Source of the DNA: Chiloscyllium plagiosum
Lineage: Eukaryota
DNA length: 64,000 nt
Reading direction: 5' to 3'
Assembly (NCBI RefSeq): GCF_004010195.1
Contig: NC_057718.1
Location: 96,433,765-96,497,764, forward strand
Every line of letters starts with the position of its first letter. Position 1 is the first letter of the stretch. Of this stretch, positions 23,690-36,994 are shown one piece after another. The translations under genes were made by a program, and so were the position numbers. The notes below the pieces were generated by a model. It made no database searches and was not told where the DNA came from. It saw only the letters and a program-made list of their open reading frames with translations.

Positions 23690-24530
23690 TCATTATAATT
23701 ATAAACTCAGCTCAGTAGGTGAAAGGCAATCTTTCAGAGATTTGTTGACACAGGCAGTAACTATAGCACCTCAACAGACCTATTGCAGAAAGTAACCTGA
23801 GGATAAATCGAGCTTCAGGAATACGTCCACAGTTTATCTTTTCTGGGCCTTGTAAAGGCTCTAATTAAAGGTGCTTTAGTAAGTTGAGTTTACCTATGAA
23901 TGTGGTTGACTTCAAGCCCATAATTAAACTCCTTGCCACTCACAGCATCTTGAGACGGATTCTCCCGAACCCTCATTCAGAGATAACACAAATTCCTGGC
24001 AAATACCTGGTTGCAGAAAGTTAATTAATAGAATCGCATTTTGTTTTCTTGTGGCTGCAGCTTAAAAAAAAAAGACAGCAATAATTAACCAAGCGCTTGC
24101 AGAATATCTAGGAGGGAAAGGCAGGGGCATCAAGAGAAAGCTCATTCTCCTTTTTATCTTTCTGGGTGCTCGTTGGATTAACAACAAGGAATGCAATCTA
24201 ATGCTCATCAACAAACCAGAAACATCACTCCTGGGAAATCACTGACTTACAAATCAAACTTCCAAATTGCATGTGAACATTGTAATTAACTGTGCCGAGT
24301 TCAAAGCATTCGCAAACATTCCTGGTTAATCAGATAGTGATGTCTGAAAGTGATAATGCTTGATACCATCTATGTTCCTATCATCAGCCAGATTCCCAGT
24401 TCAGGAACACCTCCATTTCCAATTGGCTATTGCTCTGGATCACTGAAATACTCAGCTTTGAAGACACGTCCAGCGCAAAGAGTCAAGCATTCTTTATTTT
24501 AGGTCCCTTTTGGATGGATTAATTATCAGA
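23690..24530. promoter_or_regulatory. putative enhancer / conserved non-coding element
   Basis: No recognisable TE; TAATTA at 23696, 23862, 23921, 24022, 24082, 24283, 24520. Confidence 0.4.
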
Positions 24531-26168
24531 AAGTTGTCCAGTCACTTTAAATAAACACAGCAATTATCGCAAACAAATGAGTATGACGGCAAAACAGTTC
24601 ATCTCAGGAGTGGAGGAACAAAGAGAAAAAGGAGAATTTGCCTCAGCTTTATTCCAGATTTACTCACTTTAATATTTCTCAGTATAATTCTGATTCTGAG
24701 CAGTTTGGGGTCTGCACATTTTCCAAGACAATTCTCAGTCCAACATTTCCTATCGATGTTGGATGAGTTCTTTCTACAGCTCCCACACAGTCCAGAAGTG
24801 AAAACAATATAAAATCAGAAAGGGCAGGCAGGAGGGACTAGTTCGGTTTGGCATGGTAGTCAATGGACTGGCTGGACTGAAGGGTCTGTATCTGCATTGT
24901 ATGACTCTATGACTATGACTTTCTCCAAACTTGTTATGCTAAGTCCTGTATAACCTCTCCACTGCCATTTTGCAGTGCATCTACTAGCCAAGTATGTGGT
25001 CTTGCTTTTCACAGGTTTTCGACATATGGCATTGAGACCATGTCACAGGACTTGCTGAGTCAGGGATTCCAGTCCACATCAAATTTGATATTCAAGTGTT
25101 CTTCCACTTTCCCAGTGTGCATTTGGTTAAAAAAAAGTGACCAAATGGGAATTGTTTGCTGGGGAACTCATTGTTTGATTAAAATTCTCTTTTGTTTGGG
25201 TTGTTCTATCTCATTACTCTGTCTTTCCATTATCTCCTAACTAGTCAAATTTGGGAACGTTCGAAATTTGCTCCTTTTGGACAGAACTTTCTACACAGGT
25301 AGAAAAGGTGTAAAACTTTGTGGGACGCTGATCATTTCTCTCGCAGTTTCATTCTTAACAGCAAGGAGAAACAGAGGTCTCCTCAGATATTCTGTTTCTG
25401 ACCACTACTACCTAAGCACTTCGATTTCCCAGGATCATACGGAGGTCACAATTGCTTCTTAATGCTGTGGTTGAAATATATGGAAGCAACAGTCACAGGC
25501 TGGTCCATGGGGGATAAAGTTCATGTAAACAGGTCAAGGGCAGACAGATAAAACATTGATGTATCTGCAGAAAGTTAAGAATGTCAGAGATGATGAAGCA
25601 ACTCAACCACAGATCCAGGACAGAAAGAGTAAAGAAAAGATTCATAAATTGAAAGCACTTTTCATCATTTCAACACAAGCTAGAGTGGTCTGTAGCTAAT
25701 TTGCTACTTCTTAAATTAGACTTAAGCATAAACAAAGCAAGTGGCTGTTCCTGATGCAGTCATCCTGGCGACGTTTCTACCAATCAGAATCCACTTGCCA
25801 ACACATTGGCACTATCTTTACTTGTGGCATAATGTTTTGCTTCCCTTTGAGATTTGGCATTCTTGCAATGCTGTCCTGATTAATGCAAGGCAACACGTTT
25901 TGGTTCCCTGCCTTGTTCCTCAGCAATACATTAATTCTGAAAAGAGGTACTTGCTGTAGAGTAGGAAAATCAGCAGCAAATTTATGCACAGCATGACTCA
26001 ACTGGCAGCAATAAGATTGCATCCTACTCTGATCCCAAACAATGGTGGTTGGGGTAAATGTTAGCTCATACATGGGGTAGTATTCAAAGAGGGTCTCAGT
26101 TTAATACTTCGCTTTAAAGATTATAGGCTGGGCTAGGAGCTTGAACTAATATCTTTCTGTGTCAGATA

Positions 26169-26618
26169 AGAGTCATAGGGTCATAGAGATGTACAGCATG
26201 GAAACAGACCCTTCAGTCCAACCTGTCCATGACGACTAGATATCCCAACCCAATCTAGTGCCACCTGCCAGCACCCAGCACATATCCCTCCAAACCCTTC
26301 CTATTCATATACCCATCCAGATGCCTCTTAAATGTTGCAGTTGTACCAGCCTCCACCACTTCCTCTGGCAGCTCATTCCATACACGTANNNNNNNNNNNN
26401 NNNNNNNNNNNNNNNNNNNNNNAGCTCAAATCCTCCAACCCTGGCAACATCCTTGTGAATATTTTCTGAACATTTTCAAGTCTCACAACATTTTTCCGAT
26501 AGGAAGGAGACCAGAATTGCATGCAATATTCCAACAGTGGCCTCACCAATGTCCTGTACAGCCACAACATGACCTCCCAACTCCTGTACTCAATATTCTG
26601 ACCAATAAAGGAAAGCAT
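26169..26618 (-). mobile_element. CR1 3' fragment containing an assembly gap (N 26389-26422)
   Basis: LSFIGQNIEYRSWEVMLWLYRTLVRPLLEYCMQFWSP; tail at 26169-26190. Confidence 0.92.
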
Positions 26619-26799
26619 CCATGAGTGTTTTCTGGGTTGAACTCCCTAACAAAGCATTTGCATGACAATTGGGATTGAGATTGAATAGAAGGGAAGACAA
26701 CTCATCAGGGAGTCTAAACCTCAACCAGTCATTTTCTTTTTAAATTTTCTTAAATTGAGGAGATTCTAAATTTCCTGTGTTTCTTTAATCTATTGCCCA

Positions 26800-27029
26800 T
26801 ACTACTACCTAACTGCAGTAGTGTTTATTTTTTCCCCAGCACCCATGTTGTGTGTGTGCAGGTGTGAGACACAGTGAGAGACACAAGGTGCACGAATCTT
26901 TATTCAGTTTCCACCACCAGGAAGATAGGAAAACACCCGAGTGGCCAGTGACAAGCAGTGCCCTTCACATCAAAGGGCAGTGCTGTGTGATCAAACAGTG
27001 AAGGAGAGGGCAGGGATTAAATCAAAATA
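26800..27029 (-). mobile_element. Tx1-like LINE 3' UTR
   Basis: Reverse complement of 2845-3065, including the hairpin. Confidence 0.85.
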
Positions 27030-27049
27030 CCAGTCACATTTATAATGCA

Positions 27050-27255
27050 GTAGACAGGCAGGAGGCTGGAAAAACAAGCAAGCCTGGCAGCATCAGGAGG
27101 TAGAGAAGACGACATTTAGGGCGTAACCGTCCTTCTGGTTATACCGGAAATGTCGACTACTTCACCTCCTGATGCTGACTGGTTTGCTGTGTTCTCCCAG
27201 CCTCCTGCCTGTCTACTTTGGATTCCAGCATCTGCAGTTTTCTTTGTCTCTGACC
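27050..27255. mobile_element. palindromic PLE-derived short element
   Basis: GTAGACAGGCAGGAGGCTGG...CAGCATCAGGAGG / CCTCCTGATGCTG...CCAGCCTCCTGCCTGTCTAC inverted arms; CCAGCATCTGCAG end. Confidence 0.7.
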
Positions 27256-27574
27256 ACATTTGCTCTGCATCCCATTATGCGGTTGAGCGGAGAGTGCAGT
27301 GCACAGGAAGATGGCATGGCGATGGGAGCTACCTCACTGCTCACCGTCAGAAGGAGAAGCAGCAGCCATGACCTGCCACCAAACCGGGAGCAAACCAGAT
27401 GACGAGAGAGAGTAACCGGGACTGCGGCCCACATCCTCCTACCCACTCAGCCCAGACTGAATCCGAGGGAGGAGCCTGCAGGCACCACAAGGGAAAGCCT
27501 CCAGGGAAATACACGGGATACGTTTAAAAATGAATTAACACTAAATAAAAGTGGGACAATCCCTCCTATCAAGT

Positions 27575-27970
27575 TGCGAAACTTGAAAGGGTTCAGCAAA
27601 GATTTACAAAGATGTTGCCAGAGTTTGTTTCATCTTTGGATGAGAGTATCATTGCCCAGAGTCAACCACCTTGCTGTGGGTCTGGAGTCACACATAGGCC
27701 AGACCGGGTAAGGATGGCTGTCTTCTTCCCTAAAGGACATTAGTGAACCAGATAGCTTTTCTGACAATTGATTCACAGTCTTCATTAGATTCTTAGTTCT
27801 AGATGTTAAATTGAATTCAAATTCCACTGTTCACCATGGCTGGATTCGAACCCAGGTGTCCAAAATGCTCGCAGGCCCTCAGGATTAACAGGCCAGCAAT
27901 AATACCACTCGCCATCACCTTTCCTTGAGGGGCTTATGTTATAGGGAGGGGCTGAACAGGCTGGGGCTAT
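27575..27970 (+). mobile_element. short CR1 fragment with nested SINE family 2 (27630-27925, minus)
   Basis: AAACTTGAAAGGGTTCAG..GATGTTGCCAG resumes at GAGGGGCTTATGTTATAGGGAGG. Confidence 0.7.
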
Positions 27971-28197
27971 CCCCAATGGACCAGCCTGTGACTGCTGTCT
28001 TCATTTATTTCAGCCACGACGTTAAGAAGCAATTGTGACCTCCTTATGACCCTGAGAAGTCAAAGTGCTTAGTGTGCGCTGATGTTGATGTCACTGCACA
28101 TGGGATGTGGTGAAGTAAGCTATACATCCCAGTACACAGCCTTACATTCCATTGATGTCACTGGTCCGGTCTGTGCAGCAGACATTTTGGATAAAAT

Positions 28198-28366
28198 CAT
28201 AGAATTCCTACAGTGCAAAAAGGGGCCAGTTGGCCCATCGAATCTGCATGATACTCTGAAGAGCATCCCTTCCAGACTCACTCCCTCACCCTGCATCCCC
28301 GCATTTCCCATGGCTGACTCACGGAGAATTTAGCATGGCTAATCCACCAAACCTGCACATCTTTGG
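28198..28366 (-). mobile_element. HE1-related SINE 3' fragment
   Basis: CATAGAATTCCTACAGTG...CCTGCACATCTTTGG. Confidence 0.7.
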
Positions 28367-29214
28367 AACAGAACATAGAATCTTAGAGTCTAGAAACAGG
28401 TTACTCAGCCCATCGAGTCCACACTGACCCGAATGAAGAGTTATTGCTCAGAAAAATACATTGCTATTGAAGAGATTACCAAAGAATGTTTTCAACCTGA
28501 AACATGGATGATGCTGCACTGACGTTGCACTAAGTTCAAGAACATTTCACTGTCCTTGCAATTATACAATTAAATAGCTTTTATAACCCATTGCATATGC
28601 AAGTTGCATTTTAAATTAGTCTGTTGTATGAAAATTACACAGCACCATTCTTTCTGACTGACTCAAACAACCATTGCCTATTTATAACAGCCATTATAAA
28701 CGTCATAAAAATGGGCAGCATTGACTGTAAAGCATTGGGGATGTGTTGAGATTCTAAAAGTTATTACTTAACATACAAGCCTGTCTTTGTTTCTCCTGTC
28801 TTTGATCAGCTGAGACCAAGGTGGTTTAATCAAACATAAAACTCATACAGTAAATGTTCAAAATGTGAACTGTGTGCAAAGCCATCCAGTTAGATTGTTT
28901 TAAGTGGTTATTGTCTCTGAACTTAGTTACCAGACTGCAGTTCAGGCGACAAACCAAACAAATAGTGCTCAACTAATATTTCCAAACTGGTTCTCAGTTA
29001 TCATGTTGAATGGTGACCCACTTGAACATGCAGAAGGACTGACATAATAAATGGAAATAAAAATCAAATTCTTTCACACTAGACCAACCTTTATTCTCTG
29101 TACATTAGCAATGTCGCCAAAACTTCTTTCCTGTGCACCAGCCTTTATTTCTCTGCTTAAGTTCTTCCGTTCATTCCACATGCTCTTCCTCATAGTTTTC
29201 CTCCATTTTGTAAA

Positions 29215-29513
29215 ATTCCCTTCAGTGTGGAAGCAGGTCATTTGGTCCATAAAGGTCACACCAAGCCTCCCAGACCCTTCCCTGCATTTCCCATGGCTAA
29301 CCCACATAGCCTCCACACCATGGGGGAACTTAAGCAAGGCCAACCCACTTAACTAACACATCATTGGACTGTGGACGAAACCAGAGCACCCCAAGGAAAC
29401 CTCACACCAACACAGGGAGAGTGTGCAAACCCCAGACATACAGATACCTGGGGATGGAATTGAATCAGGGTCCTAGGTACTGTGAGGTGACAGTGCTAAC
29501 CACTGAGCCACCG
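29215..29513 (-). mobile_element. HE1-related SINE
   Basis: CAGTGCTAACCACTGAGCCACCGTG head (reverse), V-domain. Confidence 0.8.
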
Positions 29514-30179
29514 TGGATCCATTCTCTGATCGACTCATTTTGGGGAGGAAGGTCTGAACTGGTTTTCCTGACTTCTGAGACCTCTGAGAAATGAATCTGT
29601 GCTTTCAATTGTTCAGGAATTGGGAAGAAAAAAATTGTTCGGTAGATCAGGAGTAAGCCTGTAGTCAGAATTGCGCAAGTACAAGTTTGATTTCTCTTAA
29701 ACAGTAAGAGACACAGTGGCTCTCGGAGAAGCAGAGTGTGAGCTAACTGAAAGGACTGAAACTAAAAAACAACGTTGTGCGAAGAGCTGAAACAAATATA
29801 GAGAAGGTTGGAGAAACTCAGCAGCATCTACAGAAAGAGGAAAACAGCGTTAGCATTCCAAGTGCAGTGCGACTCTTCTTCAGAAATAAAAAGAAAAGTT
29901 TCCCCAGTTTTCTCTGTGTTGTTTCAGATTTGAAGTCTGCATCCTATTTTACTTTTATTACCCTGATGAACTGGTTGGATGTTTTTAAACAGAACCGAGT
30001 ATACTGTGTCCCAGGCTGTTATCAAGTGGTCAGATGAGTGATGAGTGCTGTTATTGAGTGTTGCTTGTGAAAGTTATCTGTGTTGTCTCAGCTATTTAAA
30101 GTGCAATTTATATTTCCTACTGAAAGCGGTTTGCCTGTTAGTTCATGTTTAACATATGTTGATTTTAGTTTGATTGCTA

Positions 30180-30450
30180 CAGAGGTGAGATCATGATGTT
30201 GTGGCAGTCTCCCTGTCATGTAATCTAGAGCCCCAGACTGGGGGTGGGGGGGGGGCGTGATTCCAATTTAAATTCAATTTACAAATCCTGGAATTGAAAG
30301 CTAGTCTCTATGATGGATTGTGAAACCCATCTGGTTCAGGGAAGGAGATTTGCCCGCCCTCACCCGGTCTGATCTGTGTTACTCTGGATTCTCAGAAATG
30401 TAGTTGATTCTTAACTACCCTCTGAAATGGCCAATTAGGAATGGGCAACA
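30180..30450 (+). mobile_element. SINE family 2, degraded
   Basis: AACCCATCTGGTTCA...GGGAAGGA...ACTACCCTCTGAAATGGCC..GGAATGGGCAA. Confidence 0.55.
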
Positions 30451-31385
30451 AAGTCATGTTGAGATTGTACAGGACATTGGTGAAGCCTCTTAAGAGACAT
30501 TGAGACCAACAGCGCAGAGACTGGCCCTTCGGCCCAAACTGGTCTATGCTGACCAAAGTGTCCATCCACGCTAACCCCATTTCCCTGCACCATCTTTCTA
30601 ATCCTTTCCTATCCATGTATTTGTCCAAATGTCTTTTAAATGTTGTGAATGAACCTGCCTGAGCTACTGCCACTGGCAGTTCATTCCATATATGTACCAC
30701 CCTCTGTGCAAAAAAGTTGCCCCTCAGGTTCCCTTTTATTCTTTCCCCTCTAACCCTAACCTGATGCCCTCTAGTCCTCGATTCCCCAATCCTGGGAAAA
30801 AGACTGAGAGCATTCACCCTATCCCTGCTTTTCATGATGTTCTGGAATACCATGTCCAGTTCTGGTCACCCAGTTATAGGAAGTTTAGTATTAAGCTGGA
30901 GAAGATTCAGAAAAGGTTTACCAGGATGTTGCCAAGTATGGAAGGTTTGAGTTATTGAAAAAAAAGCTGGATAGTTTGGAACCTTTTCTCACTGGAGAGT
31001 AGGAGGTTGAGAGGCGACCATATTGAAGTTCATAAAATAATGAGGGTTATAGATTGAATTAATGGCAATTGTCTTTTTCCTAGGGTGAGAGATTTCCAAA
31101 CTGTGGGTCACATTTTTAAGGTGAGAGGAGAAAGATTTAAAAAAAGACCTGGGGGCATTTTTATTTTACACAGAGGGTGGTTTGCATGGTTTTCAACTCC
31201 CTGAGGAAATGCATACAATTACAACATTTCAAAGACACTTGAATCGATACATGAATAGGAAAGATTTGGAGAGATGTGGGTCAGGAGCAGGCAGGTGGGA
31301 CTAGTTTAGTTTGGGATTACGTTCAGGATGGACTGGTTGAACCAATGGGTCTGTTTCTATGCTGTATGGCTCTATGACTCTAAAT
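30451..31385 (+). mobile_element. CR1 3' fragment with nested antisense CR1 (about 30492-30838)
   Basis: Plus copy GTGAAGCCTCT|TCTGGAATACCATGTCC is split; ORFs 30392-30853(-) and 30692-30958(+). Confidence 0.85.
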
Positions 31386-31614
31386 CTTGGTCTAGCTAGT
31401 GACAACAATGTTGCATGAAAGAATAAGAAAAAAATGAGCATTTTAAGAAAAGGATTTAGGCTCATTGGTTCCTGCAATTGGGGTTGTTTGGGAAGTTTAG
31501 TTTCATCCTTTATTGGAGGATTTTAACATTTTACATTCACTAAACTGTGAAAAAGAGTTTCTTTGCCAATCTGATCTTAACCTATCAATATTAGAATATT
31601 GATATTGATTTCGA

Positions 31615-32135
31615 CCTACAATGTGGAAACAGGCCCTTTGGCCCAACAAGCCCACACTAAAGAGTACCCCACCCAGACCCATTCCCCAACCTTGTTAATC
31701 TACATTTCCTGACTACTGCACCGAACGAAAGGAGAGAGTGAGGACTGCAGATGCTGGAGATCAGAGCTGAAAATGTGTTGCTGGAAAAATGCAGCAGGTC
31801 AGGCAGCATCCAAGGAGCAGGAGAATCGACGTTCCTGAAGAAGGGCTCATGCCCGAAACATCGATTCTCCTGCTCCTTGGATGCTGCCTGACCTGCTGCG
31901 CTTTTCCAGCAACACATTTTCAGCTACTGCATCGAACCTACACATCCCTGAACACTTTGGGCAATGTAGCATGACCAATTCACCTAACCTGCACATCTTT
32001 GGACTGTGGGAGGAAACACGCAGACACGGGGAGAACGAGCAAACTCCACACAGACAGTCAGCCAAGGGTGGAATCAAATCCAAATCCCTACGACTACAAG
32101 GCAGCAGTGCTAACCACTGAGCCACCAAGCTGCCC
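31615..32135 (-). mobile_element. HE1 SINE with nested palindromic PLE-derived element (31733-31925)
   Basis: Insert arms AGCTGAAAATGTGTTGCTGGAAAA / TTTTCCAGCAACACATTTTCAGCT; central CTGAAGA-A-GGGC-TCAT-GCCC-GAAA-CA-TC; ACTGCA duplicated at the flanks. Confidence 0.85.
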
Positions 32136-33129
32136 AAGTAGCTTGCAGACGAGTACCAGAACTCCAATTTGCAACCCCAGTTTCTCCAATCAGGTCTCAA
32201 AGCTGAAATCACTCAACCCTGTGACTACACTGGGAAATGTCCTTTAAATACTGTAATATCCTTCGAAAAAGTTGATATAACATCTTGGCTCCAATCAGTT
32301 CTGTGGCAGATAACTCAAGTTGGAGCAAAATAACAGCCGGGTAAGAGAAAGTGTGGAGTTCAAAGTGCCAATGATTGTTCTTCCTGTTTGTTCAGCGGGA
32401 TATCCTGAGAAAGAGTGAAGGAATTCCGAAAGCCAGTGGCTTTCCAAATATGAAATTCTGAGAAATGACAGCTGAAGCATGACCAGCATCAATCCATCCA
32501 GAGAAAGTAATTGCTGGTAAAGAAATGAAAAGTTTGACTGCTTTTAATCTGCCGACTTGTTTCAAAATACTTTCCAAAATTGGAGCGCTCAAAGTTTTGT
32601 CTTCCCCACAAATATGCCCTCTTGTGTTTGTCTATTCAACAACATGGAGGGGAAACTGGCAGATTTGAGAAGCTTGTTGCATATTCCACTTTCTCAAGGC
32701 AATTATGTTATTGTACAGGAGTTCAGATGTTTTATTAAAGAGAGATTGCTGGTGCCCAAGGTAAATGCTTATTCACATAACATTTAGCTCCTTGCATTTC
32801 AATTTAACATACACTCTATACTGTTGCATCTATCTTTAGGATCATCTTTCCGAACTTGACTTACCATTGACATATTTAAAAATTAACCATTTATTCTACA
32901 CCTCCCCCATGTTATTGTTGGTATACAATATTTACAATGTTCCAACATATCCCTCGTAAGTCTCTGTCTCACAAGTGGTTTCACCATGTAGCCAGAATCT
33001 CTTCACAATTACCTCGGAGGTAGTTAAGAATCTGTGTTCTCCAACTTTTTAGTTGCAGTCTGTGAATCATTGTCCCTTGTTCATGTTCTCTTCCAAGATG
33101 TCTGGATAACTAGTCCATCCTATTAATGA

Positions 33130-33355
33130 CACAAAAACAGACATTGCTGGAAAACCTCAGCAGGTCTGGCCGTGTCTGTGGAGAGAAATCAGAGATAAAT
33201 GTTTCGGGTTGAGTAACCTGTGTTCTGACGAAGGGTCACGGGACCCAAAACGCTAACTCTAATTTCTCTCCACAAAAGCTGCCAGATCTGCTGAGATTTT
33301 CCAGCAATTTCTGTTTCCATTTCTGATTTCTAGCATCCACAGTTCTTTCGGTTTC
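33130..33355. mobile_element. palindromic PLE-derived element (family B)
   Basis: Inverted arms; GTT-CTGACGA-A-GGGTC-ACGG-GACCC-AAAA-CG-CT-AAC at 33222-33257. Confidence 0.75.
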
Positions 33356-34385
33356 CAGCTTATAAATGATTTTCTTTTCATCGAAACTAATGCACATCCC
33401 TTTATCTTCTTCCTGTCTCCTCTCTCCAGTGAGAAGTGACATTATCTAACTGAGCTCATCTAATTGCTTGCTGTTTTCTTGCTGCTGCAGGCAACAATCT
33501 GAAAGCCTCTGTTTTATCAATAAAGTTCTCACCATCTTGCAGTTCATGTACTTTTGGTATTTTTAACAACATAAGTAATATGGTTTGGTTTGATAACTTC
33601 CTTGAATATATTCTGTGTGAGGCTTAATCTGAATCTGCTAACCTTTAGTAGCATTTTCACTATTTCCTTGGTGTTTAACAATGTTACTAATGGCTTATAA
33701 TTTTAAAATGTTTGCAAGCCCATGTAGCGGCTAGTGTTTCTTTCTCAAATATAACGTACCATCATTCCATCTCTAGATGCGTGGCAAAATGGCTCTTGCA
33801 AGTTCTCACCCATGTCCTCTTGTGGTACTATTGGCATATTTAACAATGTAGTGATTTGACTTGATCATTTCCCTGCATGCTTTCTGTTGAAGCACCGTCT
33901 CATTTTAGACCTGACCTGAATCTTCTATCGTCGGTGGCACTTGGAAAAGCACCACCCCTCACCCATGAGGCAATGCATCAACCACTACTCTGAATGGTAG
34001 TTCAGGATCACAATGAGGTAGAATTCCTCACAAGATAAACATTTCTCTTATATTCTCATAAGGCTTCTGCTAAGTTTTGCTCCAGCTCTGCACTCAATCA
34101 TCCCAATGGTCATTTTATTTGTGTGATGTGGTAAGAATTTGCCCAGTTGGTTGACTATTTCCAAGAACTCATGTAGCTCAGTAGATTTCTGAATGATTGG
34201 AACAGTTTGACCGCTGTTGCTGCTCTGAGGTTCGGCTGTAATGCCTGGTGCTTGAACAACAATATGTCCCAACAACTTGATAGTCGGCCTGGAGAATCCT
34301 CATTTCTTGTTCAAAATTGGTCTAACTGCCATCAAAGTGTTCAGGACTACTCTTACCCTCTCAAAATATTCATTTTGCATTTCAT

Positions 34386-34735
34386 CATAGAATCCCTACA
34401 GTTGGGAAACAGGCCCTTTGGCCCACCTAGTCCACACCGACCCTCCAAAGAGCAACCCGCCCAGGCCCATTCCCCTACCCTATTACACTACATTTACCCC
34501 TGACTAATGCACCTAACCCACGCATCCCAGAACACCATGAGCAATTTCCCATGGCCAATCCACCTAACATGCACACCTTGGACTGTGGGAGGAAGCAGGA
34601 GCACTCAGAGGAAGCCCACGCAGACACGGGGAGAATGTACAAACTCCACACAGATAGTCGCCCAAGGCTGGAATCGAATTTGAGTCCCTGGTGCTGTGAC
34701 GGAGCAGTGCTAACCACTGAGCCACCATACCGCCC
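34386..34735 (-). mobile_element. HE1 SINE (followed by further HE1 pieces at 34745-34885 and 34950-35122)
   Basis: Full head, V-domain and tail on the minus strand. Confidence 0.9.
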
Positions 34736-35359
34736 TCAGATATCGTAGAATCCCTACAGTGTAAAAGCAGGCCATTCAGCCCATTGTGTCCACAATGACA
34801 CTCTGAAGAACATACCGCCCAGACCCATCCCACCCCTGTGACCCTGCATTTCCCCTGGCTAACCCACACATCGCTGGACACTACAGATAGCTAGTCTATC
34901 CTATTAATGGCACAAAAACAGAAAGTCCTGGAAAACCCTCAGCAGGTTTCCAATGGGAGACAATTTCCCATGGTTAGTCCACCTAAGCTACACTGGACTG
35001 TGGGAGGAAACCCATGCAGACAGGAGGAGAATGGGCAAACTCCAGACAGACTGTAACCTAAGGGTAGGATCAAACCTGGGACCATGGTGCTATGAGGCAG
35101 CAGTGCTGACCACTGAGCCACTGAATTGCAGATTAGGGAGCAACCCATTTGGCAGATAACGCCTTTGAATTCCTCTAAGATATTTGACATTGTTCACTAG
35201 ATTATTCCAGATACAGGAAAGATAAACGTGTAAAGCAATATTGTATAAATGGTATAATGAATGTCATTAAGTATTTAGATTCTACATTCAATGGTAAATT
35301 CCAGAAACCATTTTTAGCACTGGGTTTGGAGAAAATGGTCCTCTTTGTCAAACTGTGGT

Positions 35360-35672
35360 TGACATGGTGGCTCAGTGGTTAGTGCTGCTACCTCACAGTA
35401 CCACGGACCTGGGTTCAATTCCAGCCTTAGGCAACTGTCTGTGTGGAGTTTGCACGCTCTCCCTGTGCCCGTGTAGACTTTTACCCACAGTCCAAAAGTG
35501 TGCCAGTTAGGTGAATGGGCCATGCTAAATTGTCCCATAGTATCCAGAGATGTGCAGGCTGGTTGAGTAAACCATGGGAAATGCAGAATTATAGGGTAGG
35601 AGGTGTGCTTTGGAAGGTTGGTGTGCACATGATGTGCTGAATGGCCTGCTTCCACACTGTAGGGATGTTATG
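35360..35672 (+). mobile_element. HE1-related SINE
   Basis: GGTGGCTCAGTGGTTAG...GGGTTCAATTCC...CCTGCTTCCACACTGTAGGGAT. Confidence 0.85.
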
Positions 35673-36688
35673 AATCCTCCTGCTGATGTTCAGGAATGTC
35701 TCTCTCTCTCTCTCTTTTCAGCTTCACTTTGTTGTGTGAGGTTCAGACAAATTCTTAGGGAGCCATTTTGGAACTGGTACCAATCAGGAACAGCACATCT
35801 CTGGCTCGGTCATGAGCGAGATCCCTCCTTGTGAAGCGTTACCAGATATGTTTAGTCATGAATAGGCGAAGTGACTTGGCATCGGCTCTCTGGATTGTTT
35901 TACAAGCTGTCTTTGCCTTTCACTAGGCCACGAACAACTTTACAACTTCAGTTCTGAATTGACCTCTTTCTTTGCTGCACTGACCTTGGAAGTTTATCTC
36001 AGATTCATGCACACATTCCTGCCCAGTCAAGAACATCCTTGATTTTGAATCCCATGTAAAATCTCGATGACTGTTGTAGTGCTTGGTCAATCTATCTATC
36101 TGCTCTAACCATCTTGCATTTACATGTTGCTGAATCCAACTGGAACAGAAGAGTGGATGATGGAACTGTTCCTTGACTCAGGCGAAAGTCAGAACTGCAG
36201 AAGCTGGAGATTAGAGTCGAGAGTGTGGGGCTGGAGAAGCACAGCAGGTCAGGCAGCATCCGAGGAGCAGGAGCATCAACGTTTCGGGAAAATGCCGTTT
36301 CCTGACTCAGCCAATTGCTATATCTGACATCACTGATACACTTGCCCCTAATCATGATATAAGTTATCAACAAATGTATCTGTGCTCTGTTCTGACTTCT
36401 GCAACCACTCCTTAAGTTCTCTGACATTGTGTGCAGAACTGAATTAAGTATCGAAATCTCTCATGACCACCTTGGAAGCAGTTACCTCTTCATGGATCAC
36501 CGGTCTTGCAATGTTAGCTTTGCTGCTGGTTGCACTGAGTAGTTTACCAACCCGGTTCTTCTTCTGCCAAATCAGAATTGTTCTTGTTTTGACAAATTTG
36601 TCTGCATCAATTCTGCCATTTCTCAGTTTATCACAGGCCTTTCACCTGTTCAAAGGATCCCAGTTGGCCCTTGGAGCTGTTCCTTGGA

Positions 36689-36989
36689 GATGTGGTAAGA
36701 ATTTGCCCAGTTGGTTGACCATTTCCAAGAACCCATGTAGCTCTGTAGATTTCTGAATGATTGGAACAGTTTGACCACTGTTGCTGCTCTGAGGATCGGC
36801 TGTACTGCCTGGTGCTTGAACAACAATATGTCCCAACAACTTGATAGTCGGCCTGGAGAATCCTCATTTCTTGTTCAAAATTGGTCTAACTGCCATCAAA
36901 GTTTTCAGGACTACTCTTACCTTCTCAAAATATTCATTTTGCATTTCATCATAGAATCCCTACAGTTGGGAAACAGGCCCTTTGGCCCA
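36689..36989 (+). repeat. 301-bp direct duplication of 34125-34425
   Basis: Base-by-base alignment without gaps, about 9 substitutions; includes the Gypsy/HE1 junction. Confidence 0.95.
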
Positions 36990-36994
36990 ACTAA

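Larger units (their letters stand above)
33780..36650 (-). mobile_element. degraded Gypsy/Ty3 LTR retrotransposon internal region (gag, RT, RNase H), split by SINEs
   Basis: Minus strand order: gag-like QKSEQSTDTFVDNL (about 36370-36410); RT start NGSLRICLNL (about 35740-35770); FSRPTIKLLGHIV...ELHEFLEIVNQLGKFLPH (34130-34300); RNase H HCDPELPFRVVVDA (about 33975-34015). Confidence 0.8.

Noticed and set aside
34130..34380. Duplicated host exon
   Set aside because: Translation gives Gypsy RT motifs (LGHIV, VNQLGKFLP) with stops.
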